The notes under the pieces are model-generated. The model worked only from the letters and a program-made list of their open reading frames with translations. It made no database searches and was not told the DNA's origin. Below are positions 42,201 through 57,200 of a stretch of DNA of 64,000 nt, piece by piece (the stretch's first letter is position 1; each line of letters begins with the position of its first letter). The DNA comes from the human T2T-CHM13v2.0 reference genome, Homo sapiens. A program made the translations under genes and the position numbers. The stretch lies in assembly GCF_009914755.1 (NCBI RefSeq), contig NC_060940.1. The stretch is one strand, 5' to 3'.

Positions 42201-45200
42201 CAGTGATTCCATTCGTTTCCATTCCATGATGATTCCATTCCTTTCCATTCAATGATTCCATTCGATTCCGTTTGATGATGATTTCATTCGAGTCCATTTG
42301 ATGATTCCATTTGATTCCATTCGATGATGATTCCATTCGAGTCCATTCGATGATTCTATTCGAATCCATTTGATGATTTCTTTTGATTATATTTGGTGAT
42401 GATTCCATTGGAGTCCATTCAATGATTCCATTCTATTCCAATCGATGATGATTCCATTAGAGTCCATTTAATGATTCCATTTGATTCCAGTCTCTGATGA
42501 TTACATTCGAGTCCATACGATGATTCCACTCAATTCCATATGATGATGATTCCATTTGATTCCATTCGGTGATTCCATTCTATTCTATTCAATGGTGATT
42601 CCATTCGAGTACATTAGATGATTCCATTCGATTCCATTCAATGATGATTCTATTTGTGTCCCTTAGATGATTCCACATGATTCCATTAGATGATGATACT
42701 ATTTGAGCCCATCCAATGATTCCCTTCGATTCCATTCGATGAGGATTCCATTCGATTCAATTCATTGGTGATTCTATTCAATTCAATTCTTTGATTCCAT
42801 TCCATTCCATTCGACAATGATTCCATTCGATTTCTTTCGATGATTCCACTCGATTCCACTTGACATTGATTCCATTCGATTCCATTCAATGATTCCATTT
42901 GATTCCAGTGGATGATGATTGCCATCGATTCCATTCGATCACTCCATTCTATTCCATTTGATGATGATTACATTCGATTCCATTTGATGATTCCATCTGA
43001 TTCTATTCGAGGATTCCATTTGATTCCATTCGATGATGATTCCATTCGAGTCCATTCGATGATTTCATTCGAGTACATCCAATGATTCCATTCGAGTCCA
43101 TTAGATGATTCCATTTGATTCCATTTGAAAATGATTCTACTAGAGTCCATTCAATGACTCCATTCGAGTCCATTCAACAATTCCATTCGACTCCATTCGA
43201 TGATTCCATTCGATTCCATTTGATGGTTCCATTCGAGTCCATTTAATCATTACAGTCGAGTCCATTTGGTGATTCCACTGGATTTCTTTTGATAATGATA
43301 CCATTCAATTACATTTGATGATGATCCCATTCAACTTCATTTGATGATGATTCCATTAGAGTCCATTCGATGATTTCATTCGAGTCCCTTCATTGATTCC
43401 ATCCGATTTCATTGGATGATGACTCCATTCGAGTCCATTCGATGATTCCACTCGATTCCATTAGATGACTCCATTGGAGTCCATTTGATTGTTCCATTCG
43501 ATTCCATTCGATTCCTTTCGAAGATTATTCCATTTGAGTCCATTCGATGATGATTCCATTCCATTCCATTCGATGATTCCGTTTGATTCCATTCGATGAT
43601 TCCCTTCGATTCCTTTCTTTGATGATTCCATTCCATTCCATTCAATGATTCCATTCGAATCTATTCCATGATGATTCCTTTCGATTCCATTCGCTGATGT
43701 TTCCGTTCAATTCCATTCGATGATGATTCCATTCGATTCCATTCATTGAGGATTCCATTTGATTCCATTCAATGATGATTCCATTCTATTCCATTCAATG
43801 ATTGCATTCAATTCCATTCAATGATTATCCCATTAGAGTAAACTCAACGATTCCATTCAATACCATTCGATGATGATTCCTTTTGAGTCCATTCAATGAT
43901 TTCATTCAAGTCCATTTGATGATTCCTTTCAATTCCATTCTATGATGATTCCATTCGAGTCCATTCGATGATTCCATTCGATTGCATTCGATGATTCCAT
44001 TATATTCCATTCAACGGTGATTCCATTCGAGTCCATTCCATGATTCCATTAGAGTACATTTAATGATTGCTTTGTTTTCAATTCGAAGATGATTACATTG
44101 GATTCCATTCTATGATACCATTCGATTCCATTCAATGATGATTCCACTCAAATCCATTGGATGATTCCATTCGTGTCCATTCGGTGATTTCATTAGATTC
44201 CATTCGAGGATGATTCCATTCGATTCCATTCGATGATTCCATTCAATTCCATTCGATGATGATTCCATTCCAGTCCATATGATCATTCCATTTGATTTCA
44301 TTCGATGATGATTCCATTCGATTCCTTTCGACGATTCCATTCTATTCCATTCGATGATGATTCCATTCGAGTCCATTCGATGATTCCATTCGAGTCCATT
44401 TAATGATTCCATTGGGTTCAATTCAATGATGATTACATTGGATTCCGTTCTATGATTCCATTCAATTCCGTTCATTGACAATTTGATTCCATTCGATGAT
44501 GATTCCATTTGAGTTCATTCGATGATTCTATTCGATTCTCTTCGATGGTGATTCAATTCTATTATATTGGATGATTCCATTCGATTCCATTTGATGTTGA
44601 TTCAATTCGATTCTATTCGATGATGATTCCATTGGATTTCACTTGATGATTCTATTCGATTCCATTCAATGATGATTCACTTCTCGTCCATTGGATGATT
44701 CCATTTCATTCCATTCGATGATGATTCCATTCGATTCCATTCGATGATTCCATTTGATTCCATGCGACGGTGAGCAATTCGATTCAATTCCATGATGATT
44801 CTATTTGATTCAATTAGATGATGTTTCCATTCGAATCCATTCCATGATTATTCCATTGGAATCCATTCGGCGATGATTCCATATGAGTCAATTCAATGAT
44901 GATTCCATATGGGTCCGTTCGATGATAATTCCATTTGATTTCATTCGATGCTTCTATTCTATTCCAGTCGATGATGATTCCGTTGGAGTCCATACGATGA
45001 TTCCATTTGATTTCATTTGATGATGATTCCATTCGATGATGATTACATTGGATTCCATTCTATGATTCCATTCAATTCCATTCGTTGATGATTCGATTCC
45101 ATTCAATGATGATTCCATTTGAGTTCATTCGATGATTCTATTCGATTCCATTCGATGGTGATTCAATTCTATTATATTGGATGATTCCACTCGATTCCAT

Positions 45201-48200
45201 TTGATGATTATTCCATTGGAGTCCACTTAGTGAATCCTTTAGATTCTACTCGACGATGATTCCATTCGAGTCCATTCGATGATACCATTCAATTCCATTC
45301 GTTGATGCTTCCATTCAAGTGCATTCGATGATATCATTCGATTCCATTTGATGATAATTCCATTTGATTCCATGCGATGATTCTATTCGATTCCATTCAA
45401 TGATAATTCCATTCAATTCAGTGATTCCTCTGGACTCCATTTGATGATGATTCCATTCAATGATTCCATTCGATTCTATTCGAAAATGATTCCATTTGAA
45501 TCCATTTGATGATGATTCCATTAGATTCCATTTGATGATTCCATTCGATTCCATTCGACGATGATTCCATTCGATTCCGTTTGATGATTCCATTCTATTC
45601 TATTCGATGATGATTCCATTCGATTCCATTCGATGATGATTGGATTCGATTCCATTTGATGATTTCATTTGATTCCATTCGTTAATGATTTCGATCAATT
45701 CCATTCGATGATTCCATTTGATTCCATTCGATAATGATTACATCCGAGTCCATTCGATGATTCCCTTTGAGCCCGTTCGATAATTCCATTTGAGTCCAAC
45801 CAATGATTCCATTCATTTCCATTCAATGATTCCATTCGAGTCCATTTGATCATTCCGGTAGGGTCCATTCGATGTTGATTCCATTGGAGTGCATTCGATG
45901 ATTCCATTCGAGTCCATTTTAGGATTTGATTCGAGTCCTTTCGATGATTCCATTCGATTCCACTCGATGATGATTTCATTCGAGTCCATTCGACACTTCC
46001 AATCGATTCCATTTGATGATTCCATTCGAGTCCAATTAATGATTCCATTCAATTCCATTCGATGATGATTCCGTACGATTCCATTCTGTGATGATTCCAT
46101 GTGATTGCATTCAATGATGATTCCTTTCGATTGCATTCGATTATGATTCATTTCGTGTTCATTCTATGGTTCCACAGGTTTCCATTCGTGTCCATTCCAT
46201 TATTCCATTCTATTCCATTTGATGATGATTCCGTTCGATTCCATTCATTGGTGATTCCACTCAATTCCATTCAATGATTCCATTCCATTTCTTTCAACAA
46301 TGATTCCATTAGTTTCTAATCGATGATCCACTTGATTCCATTTGACGACGATTCCATTCTTGTCCATTCGATGATTCCATTTGATTCCATATGATGATGA
46401 TTCCATTCGATTCCATACCATGATGATTCCATTCGAGTCCATTCAATGGTGATTCCATTCAATTCCATTCGATGATTCCTTTTGATTCCATTCGATGATG
46501 ATGGCATTCGATTCCTTTCAATCATTCCCTTTGATTCCATTCAAAGGTGATTTCATTCAAGTCCATTCGATAATTGCATTCGATTCCATTCTATGATGAT
46601 TCCATTCGAGTCCATTTGATGATTCCATTCAATTCAAGTCAATGATGATTCCATTCGATTCCATTCGAAGATTCCATTGGATTCCATTCGATGATGATTC
46701 CATTCAAATCCATTCGATAATTCAATTCAAGTCCATTCGATGATGATTCCAATCGAATCCATTCAAAGATTCCATTCAGTTCCATTCGATGATTCCCTTA
46801 GATTCCATTCGATGATTCCACTTGATTGCATTTACGATGATTCCATTCGATTCCATGTGATGATTCCATTCAATTCTATTCAATGATGTCTCCATTTGAT
46901 TCCATTCGACCATGATTGCCTTTGATTCCATTCAATGATTCCATTCGGTTCCGTTTGATGATGATTCCGTTCGATTCCATTTGATGATTCCATTTGATTC
47001 CATTGGATGAGTCCATTCGATTACATTCGATGATTATTCCATTCGAGTGCATTAGATGATTCCATTCGAGTCCATTCGATGATTCCATTCGATTCCATTC
47101 GATGTTGATTCTGTTCAAATCCATTCGATGATTCCACTCGATTCCATTCGTTGACTCCATTTGATCCCATTCGATGATTTCCTTTGATTCCCTTTGATGA
47201 TCATTCCATTTGATTCAATTCGGTGATTTCATTTGATTCCATTCAGTGATGTTTCCATTCGACTCCATTCGATGATGATTCCATTCGACTCCATTCGATT
47301 ATGATTTCATTCAATTCCATTCGATAATGATTCCCTTCGAGTCCATTCGATGATTCCATTCGATTCCATTCAACGATGATTTGATTCGTGTCCATTCGAT
47401 GATTCCATTTCATTCCACTTGATGATGATTCCATTCGAGTCCATTTGATGATTCCATTCAATTCCATACTCCGATGATTTCTTTTGAGCCCACTCAATGC
47501 TTCCACTCGATTCCATATGATGATGACTCCATTCGATGAAATTCGATGATGATTCCATTCGCTTGCTTTCGATGATGATTCCACTTGAGTCCGTTAGAAG
47601 ATTCTATTCAATTACATTCCATGACGATTCCGTTCGTGTCCATTTGATGATTCCATTAGACTCCATTCGACGATGATTCCATTCGATGTTATTCGATGAT
47701 TCCATTCGATCTCATTCGATGATGATTCCATTCAACTCCATTCGATGTTTCCATTCGAGTTCATTCTATTATTCCATTAGATTCCATTCGATGATGATTC
47801 CATTCGATTCCATTTGATGATTGCATTCTATTTCATTTGATGATGATTCCATTCGAGTCCACTCGATGATTCCATTCGAGTCCATTTAATGAATCCATTG
47901 GTTTCAATTCTATGATGATTACATTGGATTCCATTCGTTGATGATTTCATTCGGTTCCATTCAATGATGATTCCATTCAATTCCTTTCAATGTTTCCATT
48001 CAATTCCATACGATGATGATTCCATTTGATTTGATTCGACAGTGAGCCATTCGATTCAATTCCATGATGATTCTATTTGATTCAATTGGTTGACATTTCC
48101 ATTCGATTCCATTCGATGATGATTCCCTTTGATTCCGTTCAAAGATGATTCCATTCTAGCCCATTCAATCATTCCATTCGATTCTATTCAATGATGATTC

Positions 48201-51200
48201 CATTCATGTCGATTTGGTGATTCCATTTGACTTCATTTGATGATGATTCCTTTCAAGTTCATTAGATGATTCCATTCGATTCCATTTGATGATGATCCCA
48301 TTCGAGTCCATTCAGTGATTCCATTCGTTTCCATTCCATGATGATTCCATTCCTTTCCATTCAATGATTCCATTCGATTCCGTTTGATGATGATTTCATT
48401 CGAGTCCATTTGATGATTCCATTTGATTCCATTCGATGATGATTCCATTCGAGTCCATTCGATGATTCTATTCGAATCCATTTGATGATTTCTTTTGATT
48501 ATATTTGGTGATGATTCCATTGGAGTCCATTCAATGATTCCATTCTATTCCAATCGATGATGATTCCATTAGAGTCCATTTAATGATTCCATTTGATTCC
48601 AGTCTCTGATGATTACATTCGAGTCCATACGATGATTCCACTCAATTCCATATGATGATGATTCCATTTGATTCCATTCGGTGATTCCATTCTATTCTAT
48701 TCAATGGTGATTCCATTCGAGTACATTAGATGATTCCATTCGATTCCATTCAATGATGATTCTATTTGTGTCCCTTAGATGATTCCACATGATTCCATTA
48801 GATGATGATACTATTTGAGCCCATCCAATGATTCCCTTCGATTCCATTCGATGAGGATTCCATTCGATTCAATTCATTGGTGATTCTATTCAATTCAATT
48901 CTTTGATTCCATTCCATTCCATTCGACAATGATTCCATTCGATTTCTTTCGATGATTCCACTCGATTCCACTTGACATTGATTCCATTCGATTCCATTCA
49001 ATGATTCCATTTGATTCCAGTGGATGATGATTGCCATCGATTCCATTCGATCACTCCATTCTATTCCATTTGATGATGATTACATTCGATTCCATTTGAT
49101 GATTCCATCTGATTCTATTCGAGGATTCCATTTGATTCCATTCGATGATGATTCCATTCGAGTCCATTCGATGATTTCATTCGAGTACATCCAATGATTC
49201 CATTCGAGTCCATTAGATGATTCCATTTGATTCCATTTGAAAATGATTCTACTAGAGTCCATTCAATGACTCCATTCGAGTCCATTCAACAATTCCATTC
49301 GACTCCATTCGATGATTCCATTCGATTCCATTTGATGGTTCCATTCGAGTCCATTTAATCATTACAGTCGAGTCCATTTGGTGATTCCACTGGATTTCTT
49401 TTGATAATGATACCATTCAATTACATTTGATGATGATCCCATTCAATTTCATTTGATGATGATTCCATTAGAGTCCATTCGATGATTTCATTCGAGTCCC
49501 TTCATTGATTCCATCCGATTTCATTGGATGATGACTCCATTCGAGTCCATTCGATGATTCCACTCGATTCCATTAGATGACTCCATTGGAGTCCATTTGA
49601 TTGTTCCATTCGATTCCATTCGATTCCTTTCGAAGATTATTCCATTTGAGTCCATTCGATGATGATTCCATTCCATTCCATTCGATGATTCCGTTTGATT
49701 CCATTCGATGATTCCCTTCGATTCCTTTCTTTGATGATTCCATTCCATTCCATTCAATGATTCCATTCGAATCTATTCCATGATGATTCCTTTCGATTCC
49801 ATTCGCTGATGTTTCCGTTCAATTCCATTCGATGATGATTCCATTCGATTCCATTCATTGAGGATTCCATTTGATTCCATTCAATGATGATTCCATTCTA
49901 TTCCATTCAATGATTGCATTCAATTCCATTCAATGATTATCCCATTAGAGTAAACTCAACGATTCCATTCAATACCATTCGATGATGATTCCTTTTGAGT
50001 CCATTCAATGATTTCATTCAAGTCCATTTGATGATTCCTTTCAATTCCATTCTATGATGATTCCATTCGAGTCCATTCGATGATTCCATTCGATTGCATT
50101 CGATGATTCCATTATATTCCATTCAACGGTGATTCCATTCGAGTCCATTCCATGATTCCATTAGAGTACATTTAATGATTGCTTTGTTTTCAATTCGAAG
50201 ATGATTACATTGGATTCCATTCTATGATACCATTCGATTCCATTCAATGATGATTCCACTCAAATCCATTGGATGATTCCATTCGTGTCCATTCGGTGAT
50301 TTCATTAGATTCCATTCGAGGATGATTCCATTCGATTCCATTCGATGATTCCATTCAATTCCATTCGATGATGATTCCATTCCAGTCCATATGATCATTC
50401 CATTTGATTTCATTCGATGATGATTCCATTCGATTCCTTTCGACGATTCCATTCTATTCCATTCGATGATGATTCCATTCGAGTCCATTCGATGATTCCA
50501 TTCGAGTCCATTTAATGATTCCATTGGGTTCAATTCAATGATGATTACATTGGATTCCGTTCTATGATTCCATTCAATTCCGTTCATTGACAATTTGATT
50601 CCATTCGATGATGATTACATTTGAGTTCATTCGATGATTCTATTCGATTCTCTTCGATGGTGATTCAATTCTATTATATTGGATGATTCCATTCGATTCC
50701 ATTTGATGTTGATTCAATTCGATTCTATTCGATGATGATTCCATTGGATTTCACTTGATGATTCTATTCGATTCCATTCAATGATGATTCACTTCTCGTC
50801 CATTGGATGATTCCATTTCATTCCATTCGATGATGATTCCATTCGATTCCATTCGATGATTCCATTTGATTCCATGCGACGGTGAGCAATTCGATTCAAT
50901 TCCATGATGATTCTATTTGATTCAATTAGATGATGTTTCCATTCGAATCCATTCCATGATTATTCCATTGGAATCCATTCGGCGATGATTCCATATGAGT
51001 CAATTCAATGATGATTCCATATGGGTCCGTTCGATGATAATTCCATTTGATTTCATTCGATGCTTCTATTCTATTCCAGTCGATGATGATTCCGTTGGAG
51101 TCCATACGATGATTCCATTTGATTTCATTTGATGATGATTCCATTCGATGATGATTACATTGGATTCCATTCTATGATTCCATTCAATTCCATTCGTTGA

Positions 51201-54200
51201 TGATTCGATTCCATTCAATGATGATTCCATTTGAGTTCATTCGATGATTCTATTCGATTCCGTTCGATGGTGATTCAATTCTATTATATTGGATGATTCC
51301 ACTCGATTCCATTTGATGATTATTCCATTGGAGTCCACTTAGTGAATCCTTTAGATTCTACTCGACGATGATTCCATTCGAGTCCATTCGATGATACCAT
51401 TCAATTCCATTCGTTGATGCTTCCATTCAAGTGCATTCGATGATATCATTCGATTCCATTTGATGATAATTCCATTTGATTCCATGCGATGATTCTATTC
51501 GATTCCATTCAATGATAATTCCATTCAATTCAGTGATTCCTATGGACTCCATTTGATGATGATTCCATTCAATGATTCCATTCGATTCTATTCGAAAATG
51601 ATTCCATTTGAATCCATTTGATGATGATTCCATTAGATTCCATTTGATGATTCCATTCGATTCCATTCGACGATGATTCCATTCGATTCCGTTTGATGAT
51701 TCCATTCTATTCTATTCGATGATGATTCCATTCGATTCCATTCGATGATGATTGGATTCGATTCCATTGGATGATTTCATTTGATTCCATTCGTTAATGA
51801 TTTCGATCAATTCCATTCGATGATTCCATTTGATTCCATTCGATAATGATTACATCCGAGTCCATTCGATGATTCCCTTTGAGCCCGTTCGATAATTCCA
51901 TTTGAGTCCAACCAATGATTCCATTCATTTCCATTCAATGATTCCATTCGAGTCCATTTGATCATTCCGGTAGGGTCCATTCGATGTTGATTCCATTGGA
52001 GTGCATTCGATGATTCCACTCGAGTCCATTTTAGGATTTGATTCGAGTCCTTTCGATGATTCCATTCGATTCCACTCGATGATGATTTCATTCGAGTCCA
52101 TTCGACACTTCCAATCGATTCCATTTGATGATTCCATTCGAGTCCAATTAATGATTCCATTCAATTCCATTCGATGATGATTCCGTACGATTCCATTCTG
52201 TGATGATTCCATGTGATTGCATTCAATGATGATTCCTTTCGATTGCATTCGATTATGATTCATTTCGTGTTCATTCTATGGTTCCACAGGTTTCCATTCG
52301 TGTCCATTCCATTATTCCATTCTATTCCATTTGATGATGATTCCATTCGATTCCATTCATTGGTGATTCCACTCAATTCCATTCAATGATTCCATTCCAT
52401 TTCTTTCAACAATGATTCCATTAGTTTCTAATCGATGATCCACTTGATTCCATTTGACGACGATTCCATTCTTGTCCATTCGATGATTCCATTTGATTCC
52501 ATATGATGATGATTCCATTCGATTCCATACCATGATGATTCCATTCGAGTCCATTCAATGGTGATTCCATTCAATTCCATTCGATGATTCCTTTTGATTC
52601 CATTCGATGATGATGGCATTCGATTCCTTTCAATCATTCCCTTTGATTCCATTCAAAGGTGATTTCATTCAAGTCCATTCGATAATTGCATTCGATTCCA
52701 TTCTATGATGATTCCATTCGAGTCCATTTGATGATTCCATTCAATTCAAGTCAATGATGATTCCATTCGATTCCATTCGAAGATTCCATTGGATTCCATT
52801 CGATGATGATTCCATTCAAATCCATTCGATAATTCAATTCAAGTCCATTCGATGATGATTCCAATCGAATCCATTCAAAGATTCCATTCAGTTCCATTCG
52901 ATGATTCCCTTAGATTCCATTCGATGATTCCACTTGATTGCATTTACGATGATTCCATTCGATTCCATGTGATGATTCCATTCAATTCTATTCAATGATG
53001 TCTCCATTTGATTCCATTCGACCATGATTGCCTTTGATTCCATTCAATGATTCCATTCGGTTCCGTTTGATGATGATTCCGTTCGATTCCATTTGATGAT
53101 TCCATTTGATTCCATTGGATGAGTCCATTCGATTACATTCGATGATTATTCCATTCGAGTGCATTAGATGATTCCATTCGAGTCCATTCGATGATTCCAT
53201 TCGATTCCATTCGATGTTGATTCTGTTCAAATCCATTCGATGATTCCACTCGATTCCATTCGTTGACTCCATTTGATCCCATCCGATGATTTCCTTTGAT
53301 TCCCTTTGATGATCATTCCATTTGATTCAATTCGGTGATTTCATTTGATTCCATTCAGTGATGTTTCCATTCGACTCCATTCGATGATGATTCCATTCGA
53401 CTCCATTCGATTATGATTTCATTCAATTCCATTCGATAATGATTCCCTTCGAGTCCATTCGATGATTCCATTCGATTCCATTCAACGATGATTTGATTCG
53501 TGTCCATTCGATGATTCCATTTGATTCCACTTGATGATGATTCCATTCGAGTCCATTTGATGATTCCATTCAATTCCATACTCCGATGATTTCTTTTGAG
53601 CCCACTCAATGCTTCCACTCGATTCCATATGATGATGACTCCATTCGATGAAATTCGATGATGATTCCATTCGCTTGCTTTCGATGATGATTCCACTTGA
53701 GTCCGTTAGAAGATTCTATTCAATTACATTCCATGACGATTCCGTTCGAGTCCATTTGATGATTCCATTAGACTCCATTCGACGATGATTCCATTCGATG
53801 TTATTCGATGATTCCATTCGATCTCATTCGATGATGATTCCATTCAACTCCATTCGATGTTTCCATTCGAGTTCATTCTATTATTCCATTAGATTCCATT
53901 CGATGATGATTCCATTCGATTCCATTTGATGATTGCATTCTATTTCATTTGATGATGATTCCATTCGAGTCCACTCGATGATTCCATTCGAGTCCATTTA
54001 ATGAATCCATTGGTTTCAATTCTATGATGATTACATTGGATTCCATTCGTTGATGATTTCATTCGGTTCCATTCAATGATGATTCCATTCAATTCCTTTC
54101 AATGTTTCCATTCAATTCCATACGATGATGATTCCATTTGATTTGATTCGACAGTGAGCCATTCGATTCAATTCCATGATGATTCTATTTGATTCAATTG

Positions 54201-57200
54201 GTTGACATTTCCATTCGATTCCATTCGATGATGATTCCCTTTGATTCCGTTCAACGATGATTCCATTCTAGCCCATTCAATCATTCCATTCGATTCTATT
54301 GAATGATGATTCCATTCATGTCGATTTGGTGATTCCATTTGACTTCATTTGATGATGATTCCTTTCAAGTTCATTAGATGATTCCATTCGATTCCATTTG
54401 ATGATGATCCCATTCGAGTCCATTCAGTGATTCCATTCGTTTCCATTCCATGATGATTCCATTCCTTTCCATTCAATGATTCCATTCGATTCCGTTTGAT
54501 GATGATTTCATTCGAGTCCATTTGATGATTCCATTTGATTCCATTCGATGATGATTCCATTCGAGTCCATTCGATGATTCTATTCGAATCCATTTGATGA
54601 TTTCTTTTGATTATATTTGGTGATGATTCCATTGGAGTCCATTCAATGATTCCATTCTATTCCAATCGATGATGATTCCATTAGAGTCCATTTAATGATT
54701 CCATTTGATTCCAGTCTCTGATGATTACATTCGAGTCCATACGATGATTCCACTCAATTCCATATGATGATGATTCCATTTGATTCCATTCGGTGATTCC
54801 ATTCTATTCTATTCAATGGTGATTCCATTCGAGTACATTAGATGATTCCATTCGATTCCATTCAATGATGATTCTATTTGTGTCCCTTAGATGATTCCAC
54901 ATGATTCCATTAGATGATGATACTATTTGAGCCCATCCAATGATTCCCTTCGATTCCATTCGATGAGGATTCCATTCGATTCAATTCATTGGTGATTCTA
55001 TTCAATTCAATTCTTTGATTCCATTCCATTCCATTCGACAATGATTCCATTCGATTTCTTTCGATGATTCCACTCGATTCCACTTGACATTGATTCCATT
55101 CGATTCCATTCAATGATTCCATTTGATTCCAGTGGATGATGATTGCCATCGATTCCATTCGATCACTCCATTCTATTCCATTTGATGATGATTACATTCG
55201 ATTCCATTTGATGATTCCATCTGATTCTATTCGAGGATTCCATTTGATTCCATTCGATGATGATTCCATTCGAGTCCATTCGATGATTTCATTCGAGTAC
55301 ATCCAATGATTCCATTCGAGTCCATTAGATGATTCCATTTGATTCCATTTGAAAATGATTCTACTAGAGTCCATTCAATGACTCCATTCGAGTCCATTCA
55401 ACAATTCCATTCGACTCCATTCGATGATTCCATTCGATTCCATTTGATGGTTCCATTCGAGTCCATTTAATCATTACAGTCGAGTCCATTTGGTGATTCC
55501 ACTGGATTTCTTTTGATAATGATACCATTCAATTACATTTGATGATGATCCCATTCAACTTCATTTGATGATGATTCCATTAGAGTCCATTCGATGATTT
55601 CATTCGAGTCCCTTCATTGATTCCATCCGATTTCATTGGATGATGACTCCATTCGAGTCCATTCGATGATTCCACTCGATTCCATTAGATGACTCCATTG
55701 GAGTCCATTTGATTGTTCCATTCGATTCCATTCGATTCCTTTCGAAGATTATTCCATTTGAGTCCATTCGATGATGATTCCATTCCATTCCATTCGATGA
55801 TTCCGTTTGATTCCATTCGATGATTCCCTTCGATTCCTTTCTTTGATGATTCCATTCCATTCCATTCAATGATTCCATTCGAATCTATTCCATGATGATT
55901 CCTTTCGATTCCATTCGCTGATGTTTCCGTTCAATTCCATTCGATGATGATTCCATTCGATTCCATTCATTGAGGATTCCATTTGATTCCATTCAATGAT
56001 GATTCCATTCTATTCCATTCAATGATTGCATTCAATTCCATTCAATGATTATCCCATTAGAGTAAACTCAACGATTCCATTCAATACCATTCGATGATGA
56101 TTCCTTTTGAGTCCATTCAATGATTTCATTCAAGTCCATTTGATGATTCCTTTCAATTCCATTCTATGATGATTCCATTCGAGTCCATTCGATGATTCCA
56201 TTCGATTGCATTCGATGATTCAATTATATTCCATTCAACGGTGATTCCATTCGAGTCCATTCCATGATTCCATTAGAGTACATTTAATGATTGCTTTGTT
56301 TTCAATTCGAAGATGATTACATTGGATTCCATTCTATGATACCATTCGATTCCATTCAATGATGATTCCACTCAAATCCATTGGATGATTCCATTCGTGT
56401 CCATTCGGTGATTTCATTAGATTCCATTCGAGGATGATTCCATTCGATTCCATTCGATGATTCCATTCAATTCCATTCGATGATGATTCCATTCCAGTCC
56501 ATATGATCATTCCATTTGATTTCATTCGATGATGATTCCATTCGATTCCTTTCGACGATTCCATTCTATTCCATTCGATGATGATTCCATTCGAGTCCAT
56601 TCGATGATTCCATTCGAGTCCATTTAATGATTCCATTGGGTTCAATTCAATGATGATTACATTGGATTCCGTTCTATGATTCCATTCAATTCCGTTCATT
56701 GACAATTTGATTCCATTCGATGATGATTCCATTTGAGTTCATTCGATGATTCTATTCGATTCTCTTCGATGGTGATTCAATTCTATTATATTGGATGATT
56801 CCATTCGATTCCATTTGATGTTGATTCAATTCGATTCTATTCGATGATGATTCCATTGGATTTCACTTGATGATTCTATTCGATTCCATTCAATGATGAT
56901 TCACTTCTCGTCCATTGGATGATTCCATTTCATTCCATTCGATGATGATTCCATTCGATTCCATTCGATGATTCCATTTGATTCCATGCGACGGTGAGCA
57001 ATTCGATTCAATTCCATGATGATTCTATTTGATTCAATTAGATGATGTTTCCATTCGAATCCATTCCATGATTATTCCATTGGAATCCATTCGGCGATGA
57101 TTCCATATGAGTCAATTCAATGATGATTCCATATGGGTCCGTTCGATGATAATTCCATTTGATTTCATTCGATGCTTCTATTCTATTCCAGTCGATGATG